Shown piece after piece: positions 12,292 through 25,304 of a DNA stretch of 64,000 nt. The translations under genes and the position numbers were made by a program. Source of the DNA: Paraphysomonas bandaiensis (Eukaryota; Protista; Chrysophyceae); the NCBI GenBank assembly GCA_965644295.1, contig CBFFRP010000052.1:1-64000 (forward strand), written 5' to 3'. How positions within the stretch are numbered: the first letter of the stretch is position 1; each line of letters begins with the position of its first letter. Under the pieces are notes generated by a model, which worked only from the letters and a program-made list of their open reading frames with translations, was not told the DNA's origin and did not search any database.

Positions 12292-14944
12292 ATGAGGTGC
12301 CACTATGAGGTGTTCGATGTCCCTCGTACAGCTCCTATCGATGAGGTCCTCACACACGTCACGTCACTGTCCTGTGCTCTAACCACTAGTCGCAGATACG
12401 CAGCAAGTATAAGCGACTGGCTCTCAAGTATCATCCAGGTGCTCATGTGCCTGTGTGTGTATTATATACAGCAGGCTCAGTGATGGTGTAGATAAGAACG
12501 TGGGCAATGAGGAGGCAGCCACAGAGGCCTTTAAAGAGATCACAGCTGCTTACGCAGTGCTGAGTGATCCTCACGAGAGAAAATGGTACGATGATCACCG
12601 TGAGTCCATATTACGGTACGATCAATTGCGTATACATTCCGTCATACGTTGGTAATGTGGCACTAGAGGTGGCGATGGAACTGCAGAAGACGACAGCCCC
12701 ATCATAAACCTGTGGAAATATTTTAATAGCAGCTGTTATAACGGGTTTACTGATGGTGATGAAGTTTGGAATGGACTCACAGTTATATTCTAACATTAGT
12801 ATGAATTTTTAGAGGAAGGAGGTTTTTATCAAGTGTATGGCAAGATATTCGAAGAAATATACTCGATTGAGTGCCGTGACCGAAATGACTTGGACCCTCT
12901 TGTCAAGTTTGGTGGACTCATGACTTCATCGGAAGAGGTATTTGTGCACTAATGTGCGCAACATTGCATGTCAACCACAACACTAGCTATGACTATTCGT
13001 AAAACTCTACGTTTAGGTATCAAGGTTCTACGCCCACTGGACAAATTTTGTCACAGTCTTGAGTTTTTCCTGGGAAGACCAGTACAATACGACAGAGGCA
13101 CCTAACCGTTTGGTCAAACGGTACGTTTTTTTGTTGTAATGTGGGTCATGTCTTTCCGTTTACCTTTACCCAACCTGATCACTCTGCTATTATTGTCCTT
13201 AATTGTATCGTACATTTTAGTGCTATGGAAAAGGAGAACAAAAAGAAGCGAGACGCAGCTAGGAAGAAATATATTGAGACTGTTAGGGCTCTGGCAGCGT
13301 TTGTAAAGCGCCGAGATACACGAGTTATTCGAATGGAAGCCGAACGAAGGCAACGACAAGCAGAAGAGGATGAGCAGCGTGAGAGAAAGAAGTATGTAGC
13401 GTGCGTCATTGTTGTAAATGAAGAAGATAGTGTTGCTGACGACATTAATATGCTCATAGTGTTTTATATATAGGAAAGCTGAGAAGGAGAGAAGAAAGCA
13501 AGAACGCGAGATGAGGGCGCGGATGTATGAGGTGTGTCAATATGCGCTGTAATTTTGGTAGCGTTGTGCGAATGTAATAATGTTGCGCATTTCCCACATC
13601 TGCCTTTGACATGTGAATAAAGCATTTTGGTATAGGCTGATGAGGAGGAAGCCAATAGGCGAGAGAAAGAGTTGAAGCAGGCTTTCTTGTTAGCTGAAGA
13701 TAATCCTAACGAAGCTACCGAAGAAATGTACAATGCAGAATCTGAAGAAGATTACGAAGATGTAGATGAGAAATATGTCGTTTTACGATGCGAAACATGC
13801 AGGTATGTTATCGCGAGAGTCCACTCTTCTTTCACTGTATTGCTTTTGGTATGACATATATCAGTATCTACAGTCCAAATTCAAATGGTTATAGTGATCT
13901 CTCCGAAAGAATCGCTTATAAAACAAGACTTGTATTCACCATATTTTTAGGAAGGACTTTAAAACTGTTGCACAGCTGGAGCAGCACTTGACCTCTAAAG
14001 CTCATAGAAAGAAAGAACAGGAGGTACTGAGGAAACAGAAGAAGGGAATCAAGAAAGCGCCCCGTGGTGTTGTCGAGAAACAGCACGTCGCCCTCTCAGA
14101 GAGTGTATCTGAAAGTGCTTCCGACAGTGAAGGCGACTTACCCTCCCCAGTTCAGATCGGACAGCAGCAGCCTTCTTGCGCAAAAGTAGACGAGAACTCA
14201 GAAAGAGTTGATGTAGCCGCCGTCGACGAGGACCATTCAAGCGAGAGCAGTGATAGTGACATAGACCTCATAATGTCTGCTTATGGCAAGAGGTCGCCCG
14301 ATGAAGATAGCGACACTGATAGCAGTGTGGACGTAAATATTTTATCAGCAACTATGCACCGTTCTCGACTCTCCTCAGGCGAGAGCAGTGACGAGGTTAT
14401 GACGCAGGAGTTGAACGATAATATATTTCCCAATGACGAAATGCATCGTGTAGTGGACAATACCCTGAACATTCCCTCACAACAAGATAGCATATTTCAA
14501 TGTGAAGTGATCACACCAGGTGTAATGGAAGAAGGTACTCAGCATTCCCCTAACTCGAAGAGGGGCCACAAAGGTAAAATCTGTACAAAGGTTATGTAGG
14601 AATTTCTGTTAAACATTTCATGCATTTCATTTTCGGTATATTCTTTATTTTAACGAGGTTTAAAATCTCTGTACTTGATCTGATATTCATATTTAACTGC
14701 AGATGTGTCGCCAAGTAATGAATTTGTGTGCAAAGTTTGCGGGCTAGCTGTTTCGAGTAGGAATAAATGTAAGTCCAATTGAATGAATTTTTATGTTTTG
14801 TATGACTGATGAACTATTGCCACAGTATTTAAGCATGTCAACGAGAGTGGTCATGCGGCACTGAAAAATCCAGGAGAATTATCGCGTGCGGATAGTGCTT
14901 CCGTTTCGAACAAGAAAAAGAAAGCTAGGAGAAAGAAATCATAA
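12292..14944 (+). CDS. DNAJC21: DnaJ subfamily C member 21 / Jjj1-like J-protein with C2H2 zinc fingers, multi-exon
   Basis: MRCHYEV...YHP|DKN (HPD split by an intron), [77 protein letters not shown]...HLTSKAH and CKVC...FKHVNESGH. Confidence 0.9.
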
Positions 14945-15259
14945 GGTACTGTTGCGTTGTATATGTACTTAGGAAATCGCAAGAATATAAGTGAAATAAC
15001 TGCGTCTGTGAAGTGTACTAGAGATTGTTTAATAAATGCAGCAATGAGAATACTAAAATAATAATTTCACCCAACAATAATAATAGTATGAGTCGAATTC
15101 CGAACACTGTAGCTCCACTATGATAGTATCCCCATTTTGTCTCAAAGCTTTTTCTACCTAATTTGGTCTCAACAGAACGCTGATGTCTATCTTAATTATA
15201 ATATTGACAGTCATTTGTATGTGATTTCATTATATTACACATTTGTAGAGAAACAACAG

Positions 15260-15410
15260 ACTTTCGAAAGCAGATCATCAAACACTCCAAGTTATATTTC
15301 ACCCTTCGTTTGACGATGTGCGTGGAAGATCATAATGAGGTCAGTGCAAGCCATCTACCTTCATAACTAGGATTTCGAATCAACTTCAAGTGCCATATCT
15401 GATGCTGGAG
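15260..15410 (+). repeat. Repeat family B, inverted partial copy
   Basis: GATCATCAAACACTCCAAGTTATATT.CACCCTTCGT.TGACGATGTG...CATAATGAGGTCAG matches the reverse complement of 19000-19155. Confidence 0.8.
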
Positions 15411-18186
15411 GACCACCTATCTTTGTACATAATATTATTTTGAAGTCAAACCGACTGGTATACTTCGAAATGGGTTGCATGTCATGTTTACACAATACGC
15501 TAATAATGAAGAGAAGGATACACCAAGAAGTGTACTTTTGGTAGAACGAGTGAAAATACATTTAAGCGAATACGCTGCATTCCATGATAAAGTTTTACGC
15601 TTCTCTGACTTACCCTCTGTCCGAGGTATTGTTTTGACAGATGACGACATTAATCGCCATTATAGAGATGTTTCCCCGTATCGGTTGAACAGTAAATCAC
15701 GTGGGGGTTAAATCAGTATACCAACTCAACTTATCATCATTCTTAAACCAACAGCTGTGCTTTCGGGGACTCTTAGAATTAAATTATTGTATGATTATAG
15801 TATAAACCTAAAGAAATGAATTTCTTGACAGAATCTCAACAAGAATTACGCGGCGCAAAAGCATCACCAGACACAGTATGCTGCACATGTTGAGCAACCG
15901 AAGCAGCACAAGTACAAACGAAGCACTCGGAACATTTCATTTGATTTAGGGTTGTCAATTAATTGTTTCTTCGAGATTATCAAATAGTTGTCTAAACTGA
16001 GCTTTACATTTTCTTCTTAGTTGATCATGGTTATCTGGTAATGCTTGATTTTTTAACTTTCGCGATAAATTATTACGCAAAGAGTACGATAATTTGTTTT
16101 TGACCGGAATATCCAACACGAGAGTATTTTTTTACCACATTACCAATCTTTAATTGAATAACGCAGCTTTTCGTAGACAGTAGAATCCGGATTATTTTTG
16201 CCATGCTTGAAGATATATTTCAACAATATTGTTTCAGATATCCATTTCAAGATTATCTTTTAAGAGCGTATATACTTGTTGTGAAATTTGAAGAGAATCG
16301 TTGGTAGCAGATAATTCATTTTTTAGTGTTTCAGAGTCGTCTTCACTAAGCAACAGAATTGTAAATATTTGTGTACTTAACCCTTAATTACACGGTAAAA
16401 ACATAAATATAAAATGCTAAAGTTACAAAACTTCCCATCATGGGGATATTACTTCTATCTCGACAACGACGTGGTGTGGCTCAAGCCGGCTAGGATTCTC
16501 AATCTCAAACTGTAAAATATATGTAATGAGCGATGTGTGACAGGGGTGACAGCCATTGAAAAGGCAGAGACAGTTGGCAATTAAATTTCTTGCACTTTGG
16601 TGCAATTAAATTTGTTGCGTTGTACTATAATTGCAATTTTTGCATCAGGTATAGTATATAGAATGATAACAAACTTAAGATGGGCATAGACATTATCCCG
16701 GTATATACCAGTTAAATCCCAGCCTTCACTGGCCAAGTAGGTCAAGGGGGCTTGGGATGAAGTGCAGCCTAGATATATAGTACGTGCTGAATATAATCTA
16801 TATCCATTGTATCCTAACTGCCCTCTAATGAGGAGATGTAGTGAGTAGCTTGCCTGCGTGGAATATAATTAAATAATAATCAAACTATTTTCTGCCAAAT
16901 CACTGTCCTGTGAGAGGATTTTCAGAACGTCTCAAGGGACTCCAATATCACATTGATTCAGAAAGCCTCAAGAGAGGCTATATATTCTTCCTGAGGGTTT
17001 TGGCAACCACCTGAGCACGAAAACATGATCACAGGACATCTATGATCATACTTGCATGTGCCCCCTTGGCCCTCAGGAAGAAGATAGACATTCAGAGGAG
17101 GCGTTTGACGAGGGTACTCCACACAGTCACAGAAGGTTGATCGTGCACATCTCGCCTCTAGGAAAGAATAACTTCACATACTGGCAACACAGCATGCCAT
17201 GTACTGTACAAAGCATGCACATACATGCATACACATACTTACAGTACGACGTATTGCTGTACAAACGGACGAAAAAGGTACATTATTTTGATTTTAAGCC
17301 TAAAAATTAAAGGTTTTATCACTGATTTGGCAAAAATGAATTATGTACATTGTACGTACACACAAGAACTAGAAGAAATGAAGTTCAACTGCGAAGACTG
17401 CAGAAGCAGAAGAATATGTGGAACATTGAACTTGAAATTTTATAATCGAATCAACTGCTCTCATAACATAACGTAATCATCTAATTGGCTTGTTGTGGAT
17501 GGAATGTATATTCTGAAGTTCAAGTAATATCATGAGAGTTCAGTCGACTATTGATGAGGCAAACGCATCAGTTGAATCGAAGATACAGTCGAGTCATTTC
17601 TATCACTTAAATAAAGACAATACTCTGTTGAACATACTGAACATGGCAGAAACAGGAAAGAACGAGTCATGGCCGCAAGACCCTCACTCCACCGAGCCTG
17701 CAGGCGTAACAAGCGATCCTTTGTTGAAGGAGGCAATCAGAACGGAAGGGTCTGATATTCCGAAATGCACCCCGCAGGAGCAGTCACTTGACCCCAATAA
17801 CAAACCAGATGTGGCTTCATCTGGCGATCCTCTTTTAAGTGCTGCTGAAGGAGGCAGTAATACGCAATCTCGTTAAAGTGTATACGAGGTGAAGGGATTG
17901 TTGAATAATATGATTTTTTGCAAGAGATGGCTATATGCAGTGCATTCAAGCAGTGATGTAAATTGACACCACAAAACTGAAACCCTGAAACTAATTAACT
18001 AATATTATATATGATACTTGTCACGTGAATAATTTAATCATGCATGGAGAGTGTGCTGTTTTCTCCTGCTTCCTAACAGTGTGCACTATATGATACAACA
18101 GAAGATATTATTAATATACCAAAAATTGTACATTAGGTAAACAAGTCTATACATGATTTGACTGGTTGACCTTCGATAGTAGTGAG

Positions 18187-18280
18187 TGTCTTATTATTAG
18201 CAATAGGCGTTTAAGAGTCAGGACTAATTTATCATTGTAATTTAATTAACTAGTGCTTAACTCTGTTATCCTACTATTGA
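18187..18280 (-). repeat. Repeat family A, distal-end fragment
   Basis: Reverse complement AATAGTAGGATAACAGAGTTAAG...AACGCCTATTGCTAATAATAAGACA matches 22985-23105 and the reverse complement of 32778-32872. Confidence 0.7.
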
Positions 18281-18399
18281 ATAGTAATGGCTAGGATCAT
18301 GTCGTACCTAAATACCACAATATTTGATAACAAAGCGAGGAAATTTTGCGCTGGGCTATACGGCTCGATATTATTTTGATTCGAGGATGTTACCTTTAG

Positions 18400-19220
18400 T
18401 TGTAGTTAACCACGGGCAAGAATAAGGAGGCTATTTAGTCGCCCTCGTTTCAAAATTTAGACAGGACAATACTCCTTATCCCTAGGTTAAATTATAGCTT
18501 ATCCTCATGATGTTGAAACTCAATATTAGATTGCATAGCTATTTGTAGCTTGCTTGCTGTATTATGAAATCGGTGTTTCCAGATTAACATTAAGAAAACA
18601 AAAATGAGAATATATATTGTTTCTAATAAATGGTGTGTATACTGGCTGTGTTCGCTTTGAGAATAGTAACTGCACTATAGGTCAACTCAAACAATAAACC
18701 CCTAAATTTATGTATCAGCTACAACAAACGTACTCCTACCATAGAAGGATACTGAGGGAATAGCAACTGCGAAGTGTTGAAATTCGTCCATAAGTGTGAT
18801 GATAAATGTGAACAGTTGTAGTCGCACGATAGGCTTCTTATTGCCTTGATAGCATCATCATATTTATATACAGTACGCTTAACCTCTGCTAGCGCAACTG
18901 ATGGAACGGTGTGTGTATGATATGAGGCACACAATACCCTGATAAGCACAATGTGACTCAAATCCTGAAAGAACTGGATCCGTTGCCCTTTACCATCTAT
19001 ACAGCATCAGATATGGCACTTAAACTCTCCTGAAATTTTCTTGAAGATGTTTCGAAATCCTGGTTATGAAGATAGATCGCTTGCCCTGACCTCATTATGT
19101 CTTCCACATCGTCAGACGAAGGGTGGAATATAACTTGGAGTGTTTGATGATCAGGTTTGGATAGTTGACTCATCACTGTGTTTGCAAAATAAAACTTGGC
19201 TTTTATAGCAATCACCACTA
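18400..19220 (-). pseudogene. Repeat family B, longest copy; decayed ORF of unknown protein
   Basis: Consecutive minus-strand ORF remnants (18997-19218, 18719-18961, ...FQHHEDKL*FNLGIRSIV) are broken by stops and frameshifts and are homologous to the other family B copies. Confidence 0.6.
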
Positions 19221-19953
19221 CATCTTTTCCAGTGACTATTCAATAAGAGAGGAGACGTAAGTCACGCTTGGTCTAGTAAAGGTGTATTCATCCGAAGTCG
19301 TCTTCACAGGTTGCAAGACAATAGAGATGTATCATCACAGAGTATTCAGATACTGCTTATATATCTGGATATGCTATGTTGCAGACATAGATACACAGCA
19401 CTGCATCAGTTCGAATATGCATCAAATGATATCAGGCACTTCGATATGATGTACTCGATATCAAGATATGGCTGCATGTCCAGCCATGTGGAGAGAAGAA
19501 AGCTATGAGGAGCTGTATGACAGGTATACCGCGGTATACCTGGTATACGCTGGCTGTATAATGTATTGTACGTGAAGTGGTGAAAGTGTAGGTCATGTAC
19601 TGCTGTACTGGTATACTTGTATACAGAGCAGTGCATAACACTCTGCTATCATACATATATAACATATAACGTATACTGAAAATATACCGTATAGCAGCAG
19701 AATACTAAGAATGTGCTGTAGATGGGAGTCGATACGCAGACATATGATACATGCTGCTGTATACTGTATATATGGCGATAGCATAGTAGCTAGTTATCTT
19801 AACTACTCCATTGTCCGCACAGATAAAATCATCTGATACTATTCTACTCCTCTCCTGATACACATCCATATAGGCACAGAGGGGTTCATATCTCGAGTTG
19901 CGAGTACACGACTCAATTTAGTTTCGCATATTTCGTGTTACTTTAAGCTGAAG

Positions 19954-21551
19954 ATGAAGAAATCTAGTGGCAGCAGTGATGTCAACCACGTAAGCTTCAA
20001 TCAGGACTTCAGTTGTATTGCAATCGGTACCCGCTCTGGCTTCTCTATATACAATCTCGATCCTATTGAGGTTTATTAAATTGATTGTATATGTGTATAT
20101 TTAATGATGTGTGTAGCTGAGATACAACAGCTCTGGAGAAGGAATCGGACGAGTTGAGATGTTATATTGTACAAGTCTACTAGCCCTTGTCGGGTCTGGT
20201 GATCAGCCCGGATCAAGCCCACGGAAGTTTAAATTGTGGAATAGTCAAAATAAGGTGTTGTTATAACTTCTTGTAACTTTTTTCTATATGTTAAGCACTT
20301 CAACAAACATATCCAGGAAATGATATGCGAAATCACCTTTCCCTCTACTGTTCTCAAGATAGTACTCAATCGTGAACGAGTGGTTGTCTGCCTTGAAACA
20401 CAGATTCACGTCTATGATTTGGCATCTATGAAGTGCCTTCAGGTCCTCTCTATAGCACCGAACCCCTCAGGTCTTGTGGCACTATCTACAGAACCTTCGT
20501 CATACCTGGTATTTCCTTCGGGTACTGGAGGAGGGATAGTTTTGTATGACTGCATTACTCTTCGACTCTTAAGTCAAATCGATGCACACAAGAGCCCCAT
20601 TGCTGCAGTGCATTTTAATAGGTAGTGAAATATATTAGTATGATTGCGTATAATGTATTCGAAATATAGCACTGGAACGATATTAGCGACAGCCTCTACT
20701 AGTGGGACAGTGATTCGTCTCTTTGCCGTACCATCGGGCTCGCACCTGTGCACTTTCAGACGCGGCTCCAGACCTGCTGTTATATACTCACTTTCATTTT
20801 CCCAAGACTCCACTGTGCTGGCTGTTGCTTCTAGTAGCGGTACGGTGCATATATTCGATGTAGTACACGGCATGAAACGTGCCAGCCACTCTCATTCTTC
20901 TCGGCCACAGAGTAATGGGCATCCATCGAGTTCTGAATCTCGCAGCCGATCTGATGACTCCAGGGCTACAGAGCAGTCCGGCTGGCGAGATAGTGTGACA
21001 ACATCCGCTCTATCGTATATAAATATGGCCCAAACCTGGGGAATGGCTGCTGTTGGTCAGCTGAATGTTCTTCCGGAGCCCATGCAGGAATTTGCTGATA
21101 GTATACGGTGCGTAATATATGCGTGTTATTCTATGTTAATTTTGACAACATATCACTGACTGCTGAAGTCTCCCAGGGATTTAAATGTTTAGGTGCATTT
21201 TATATCATTGGTTACTTATGGTATTCTTAGGGCTGTTGCTTTGGCTCGTCTACCTGCTACCGCTCTTAGTGGTCCATTCCGTGCTGGGATCGTACGATCT
21301 GTTCCAACTACTGCTGATGAACAGAAAGGATCTGCTGGTGATGAAGATCCAGGACTAAAAGTCGTGGTGGTAACTCCAAACAAGCTTATGTTTAGGTTAA
21401 AGTAATGTATATATGTTGTCTAATAAGTAATCGATGCAATAGGTATGCGGTTCCTCGAAATATTTCCGAATTGACCTCGCAACAAAAAATTGGAGAGGAT
21501 TTCTCTGCTGTCGAATGCACACTAGAAGATGAAGCTGTCCTAGAGTTATAA
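19954..21551 (+). CDS. ATG18: Autophagy PROPPIN ATG18/WIPI family WD40 protein, multi-exon
   Basis: VSFNQDFSCIAIGT, VEMLYCTSLLALVG, SPRKFKLWN, IDAHKSPIAA, LATASTSGTVIRLF, TFRRG (phosphoinositide-binding FRRG) and SSSGTVHIF. Confidence 0.95.
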
Positions 21552-22060
21552 CACTGATGGTCTATTAGTGCGTGTTTTGTTGTTGTTCACAATAGCCTTT
21601 TAATACAATACTTACGCAGTGATGAATTCGCGGTGTATATTTTTGAAACTGGTATATATGCGTTGGGTTAATTGAATGATGTATTTAGTGTATTCTTCAT
21701 ATTCGCAAAGAATTCTGTATTTCAAGCCCACCATATACACTTTTGTGTGGGATTTTATTGTTTCCTAATCGTCAAACCATGGTGTCATACACAGCATTCC
21801 GAGTTTGCAGAGTCCTGATCACATTCATTTGGTAATATCTATATTAGGTCGAGTATAAATAGTATATAGAACGCAGACCCTACCTGATCTTCAGGAAGCA
21901 GTGCTCCTATTAAGTCGAGGTAATACCAAAACCTGGTAAAACGATTTCACCAGGTTTCATATCTAAGTATTGAGTTATTTTTTTACTGTAATTTGTAGCT
22001 GAGAGGTTAAAGATAAAGAAAAAGTTGCAATTATAGTTGTTATTAGCAATATTTATTGCG

Positions 22061-22508
22061 TTACAAGTTGGCCCTGCCACGACTTGTGTTTTGTGATATC
22101 ATGTTCTCATATAGCTGCATTTGCCTCTCTTGAGATTGCAAACGCTCCATCCGAATAGCCTGGTTTTGGATACAATGCATACGCATAAAGCTATCTTCAC
22201 CACTACTACTTACAGTAGTAGTATTAGTACCTATGCTCTGAGACGACGCGGCTACAGCCGTTGGGGGCACAGTACTAGTAGGTGGAGGATCATAAGCAGG
22301 TGGAGGATTATCATTTTTTCTCATTAAAAGATCACGAAGTTCTGCTAGTCCGGACATCATTTCCTGACGAAGTTCAGCAACAGCGGGGGGTATCAGATCT
22401 GCTTTCTGCTGGGATTCGACGACCCCGTCACCATCTTCATGTACAGTACTACTGTCCCTGCTCGTGCGCTTTCGCGGTACTATTGACTCTTGGGATCTAT
22501 TGTTGAAC
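22061..22508 (-). pseudogene. Orphan terminal exon (about 150 codons, Pro/Ser/Thr-rich, Gln-rich C-terminal helix); upstream exons missing
   Basis: Open frame from an AG acceptor near 22508 (FNNRSQESIVPRKR...AELRQEMMSGLAEL...RGRANL*). Repeat family A sits about 90 bp upstream. Confidence 0.35.
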
Positions 22509-22596
22509 CTAGTAAATTTGGTGTTATTTCCTATTCACATCAATATTGGTGTAAAGGCATAGTCAAGTGTTTGAAAACTATAGACATTAAATAGTT

Positions 22597-23105
22597 CCCT
22601 CAACAAAGTCGGACTCGCACCTTTTCGTGGTGTCCTGGGGGATAAGTACCGGAGAGATTCTCTCTGGGAAACTAACGTGAGCCGCAAACATAGTCAGCAG
22701 ATATTCTTCTGCCCACGCATATAGCCGAATGCTTGTGTGGAACAAGGGACACCAATAAGTGTCACTTTTGTAGACGTCTTTGGGCCCTGACGAAGAAACA
22801 GGCTTCCGGGAATGGGCCCACCTCAAGGGCATCCGGGACAGGGCCCACCAGAAGGGTAACTGGGGTATTGGCCTGCCTGCTGAAGTCAAGCATCCGGGAT
22901 TTTCACCTTAAGAACTCAGAGCGGAAGTGGCCGCACCTTGGTGCTTGCGGCGGGGGGACGCACAAGCAGCTTCCGTAGCGTTAAATAGTAGAATAAAAAT
23001 GTGTGTACTGATTAGTTACAAGCAGAGGTCTAACTAGTTTGTCTAGCATTCATCTAGCTACTAAGTTGGTGCAGGTTTTCAACGCCTATTACTAATAATA
23101 AGACT
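22597..23105 (+). mobile_element. Dispersed repeat family A, most complete copy (about 510 bp; non-autonomous element, class unresolved)
   Basis: Starts CCCTCAACAAAGTCGGACTCGCACC and ends AACGCCTATTACTAATAATAAGAC. It is collinear with the reverse complement of 32778-33252. Confidence 0.75.
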
Positions 23106-23220
23106 TTTATCTTATCATTAGCATTATCATGAAGAGCCATACGATATCATTTATCTTCATTTGTTACTTTGATGTCATATGATGACATCGGACCTTGATT
23201 CAAACAATGATTACTGAACA

Positions 23221-23607
23221 CAGGCATTCGGAACATTTTTAGGTGTTGTCGAAGCACCTCATCATGTCTCAGAAGTCAAATAAGCAAAAAAAATATTTGA
23301 TCCTACTAAACGTCATGTAAATACAAAATTGTATATGGCAGATACAATTGTAAAAATTATAAATGATCGAGTTAAAACAGACAATGTATAAACCGTAGTT
23401 GAAATATCTTTAGTTCAGATTATAGCTAAAATGTATTCTATTAAGGAAGCATGTAGATTCATTAACGATGCTCAAAAATTAGCTGATTGGTTTATGATGC
23501 GGCATGGTCTTTCAATTGGATATAATGATTTCAATGCTAATCGTTCAGAAGTTATTAAAATGTTAAAACAAGATCTTAATAAGATGAAACTTGAATTTAA
23601 GTATTGA
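23221..23607 (+). pseudogene. Decayed fragment of an RNA polymerase largest subunit (RPB1 domain 3/4 junction), probably of nucleocytoplasmic giant-virus origin
   Basis: One frame reads ...ADTIVKIINDRVKTDNV*TVVEISLVQIIAKMYSIKEACRFINDAQKLADWFMMRHGLSIGYNDF. This matches the RPB1 motif 'sLvhii...yg...a..f....q.l...wl...GfSiG..D'. It is intronless and AT-rich, with in-frame stops at 23281 and 23389. Confidence 0.7.
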
Positions 23608-25304
23608 ACCTGGTTACCCGTTACCTTTAAGTGAACTTAAACTCTATTATAGGATAAGATTATTCATTGTAGACTATTTAATAGTGACCTTTCAGGTTGG
23701 ATTGTATCTAATGTTACTGATACGAGATAGTCTCAGCCAGACTCACAGCGTTTCAACAACACCTAAAATGCGTTTCAAGATCATACTCCACAACCACTTT
23801 TGAAACCAATAACTAGTTCCAAAACCGGTGGTAAATCAATTGATTCCTTTAACAGAGCGAGATATTTCAAATTGGGATATTTCAAGTGTATGTTTTGACC
23901 AAAATTTTTGATCTTAAAATGCACATTTTAAGTTTTTTAATCCTTAACATTGAAATAAAAACTAAAATAAGAAGGTAAGTAATAGTAAAGTTTAATTTAA
24001 CTTTACATTCAAAATAAAAGTTAACTTTTAGTTTACAACGACTAGGTATTTACCGAGTCAAAATAAAAAATCACTCAAGCATGGGATTCTACTCTAGCCC
24101 TCAATAAAAGAATGTAGATATAGCAATACATCACATTTCATCTTCGCAAATGAGAACAGGAGCGTTTCTCCTTACCAAGTCTGATGTAGTTCCACAACCT
24201 CCTTCATTTCATGGATATTAAACCCCACAACCTTTAAATATGCAAGCATATCATCAGGTGCATCAGAGAACCGAAACTGCCATCGAAGATATTTTTATTC
24301 TTAGGCACCACCCTGGAATCCACGCACATACCATTCAGGTACTGGGGGTGGGAAACGCACGTGTTATTCCAGTCCCATGACATCAATAGATTCATCGTTC
24401 TTAGTTACATACAAACTAATATGTCATAGTTATCCTGTCATCCAAATTAGAAGACTGGTATAAAGGAATCCATCTCCGCAACGGCGTTATCTTGGCATGT
24501 GCTCACTTCAATAAAGTCACTGAAAGAGTATTTTGTCCACCTATGGAGTAAGGTACAAGTTAGGTCTTCAAAACTCACTTTCATCGGTTTGTCTTTGAGC
24601 CAATACCGTATCCTCACTCTGTTACACACTTCGCTTTGAAAGTATGGATGAGTCTAGTGATGAAGGAAACGTTGCATGAAAGGGAGTGAAACGACATCAC
24701 GCCAGATCTGCATCACTGTTCAAGCTGTCTTCGATTGCAAGTGACTGTGGTATGGTATCAAAAGATAACCGCACACAAACGTACGTCAACAAGTATACAT
24801 GCACAGCATGTACTGTCTGCAATGTTGCTGTGGTTACTCCTGCTCAATCTTTCATTGAGAACCAATGAAAACTAGTTTCTACTTCATCACGAAGCACTGC
24901 ATGTCTGAAACACTATATCGGCTGCGTGCGATCATACACCATAAGAGGGCTGCACATGCATCTTATGTAGGTAAGATATGAGTGAGCTCCACACCGCTGT
25001 GTGCTCTGTGTCGTGTCCGATATCCACCTACTCACTGCAAATATCATCAATTTTATTGTCAAAAAATACCGCATTTATGGCTCTGTAACGACAAAACCCT
25101 CAAGATTTAGCAAGAAGGAGTTCCCAATTTCTCTCATAGCTGAAGGGTCGTCCAGTTGCAGCTGAGTATCAACACGTCTGTGCGTGCGTCTACCTCTCCT
25201 GCTCTGGCAGATAGATAGCTAAACAGATTGATAGACAGACGCATGGGTCTTATCGTGTGTGTGTTGATATAGCAGTATATATCAGCTCTGTGTCTGTGTT
25301 GGTT

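Noticed and set aside
16470-16515. tRNA-like A-box (TGGCTCAAGCCGG...TAGGATTC)
   Set aside because: No T-arm/B-box or acceptor stem follows, and it cannot fold into a cloverleaf.
17532-17876. 114-aa ORF with a weak internal SDPLL/GDPLL repeat
   Set aside because: Short, low complexity, in a repeat-rich tract, with no homology or splice evidence.
24100-24970. Coding-like minus-strand sequence with intron-like segments
   Set aside because: All frames contain stops and no family is recognisable. It may be a pseudogene but cannot be supported as a feature.
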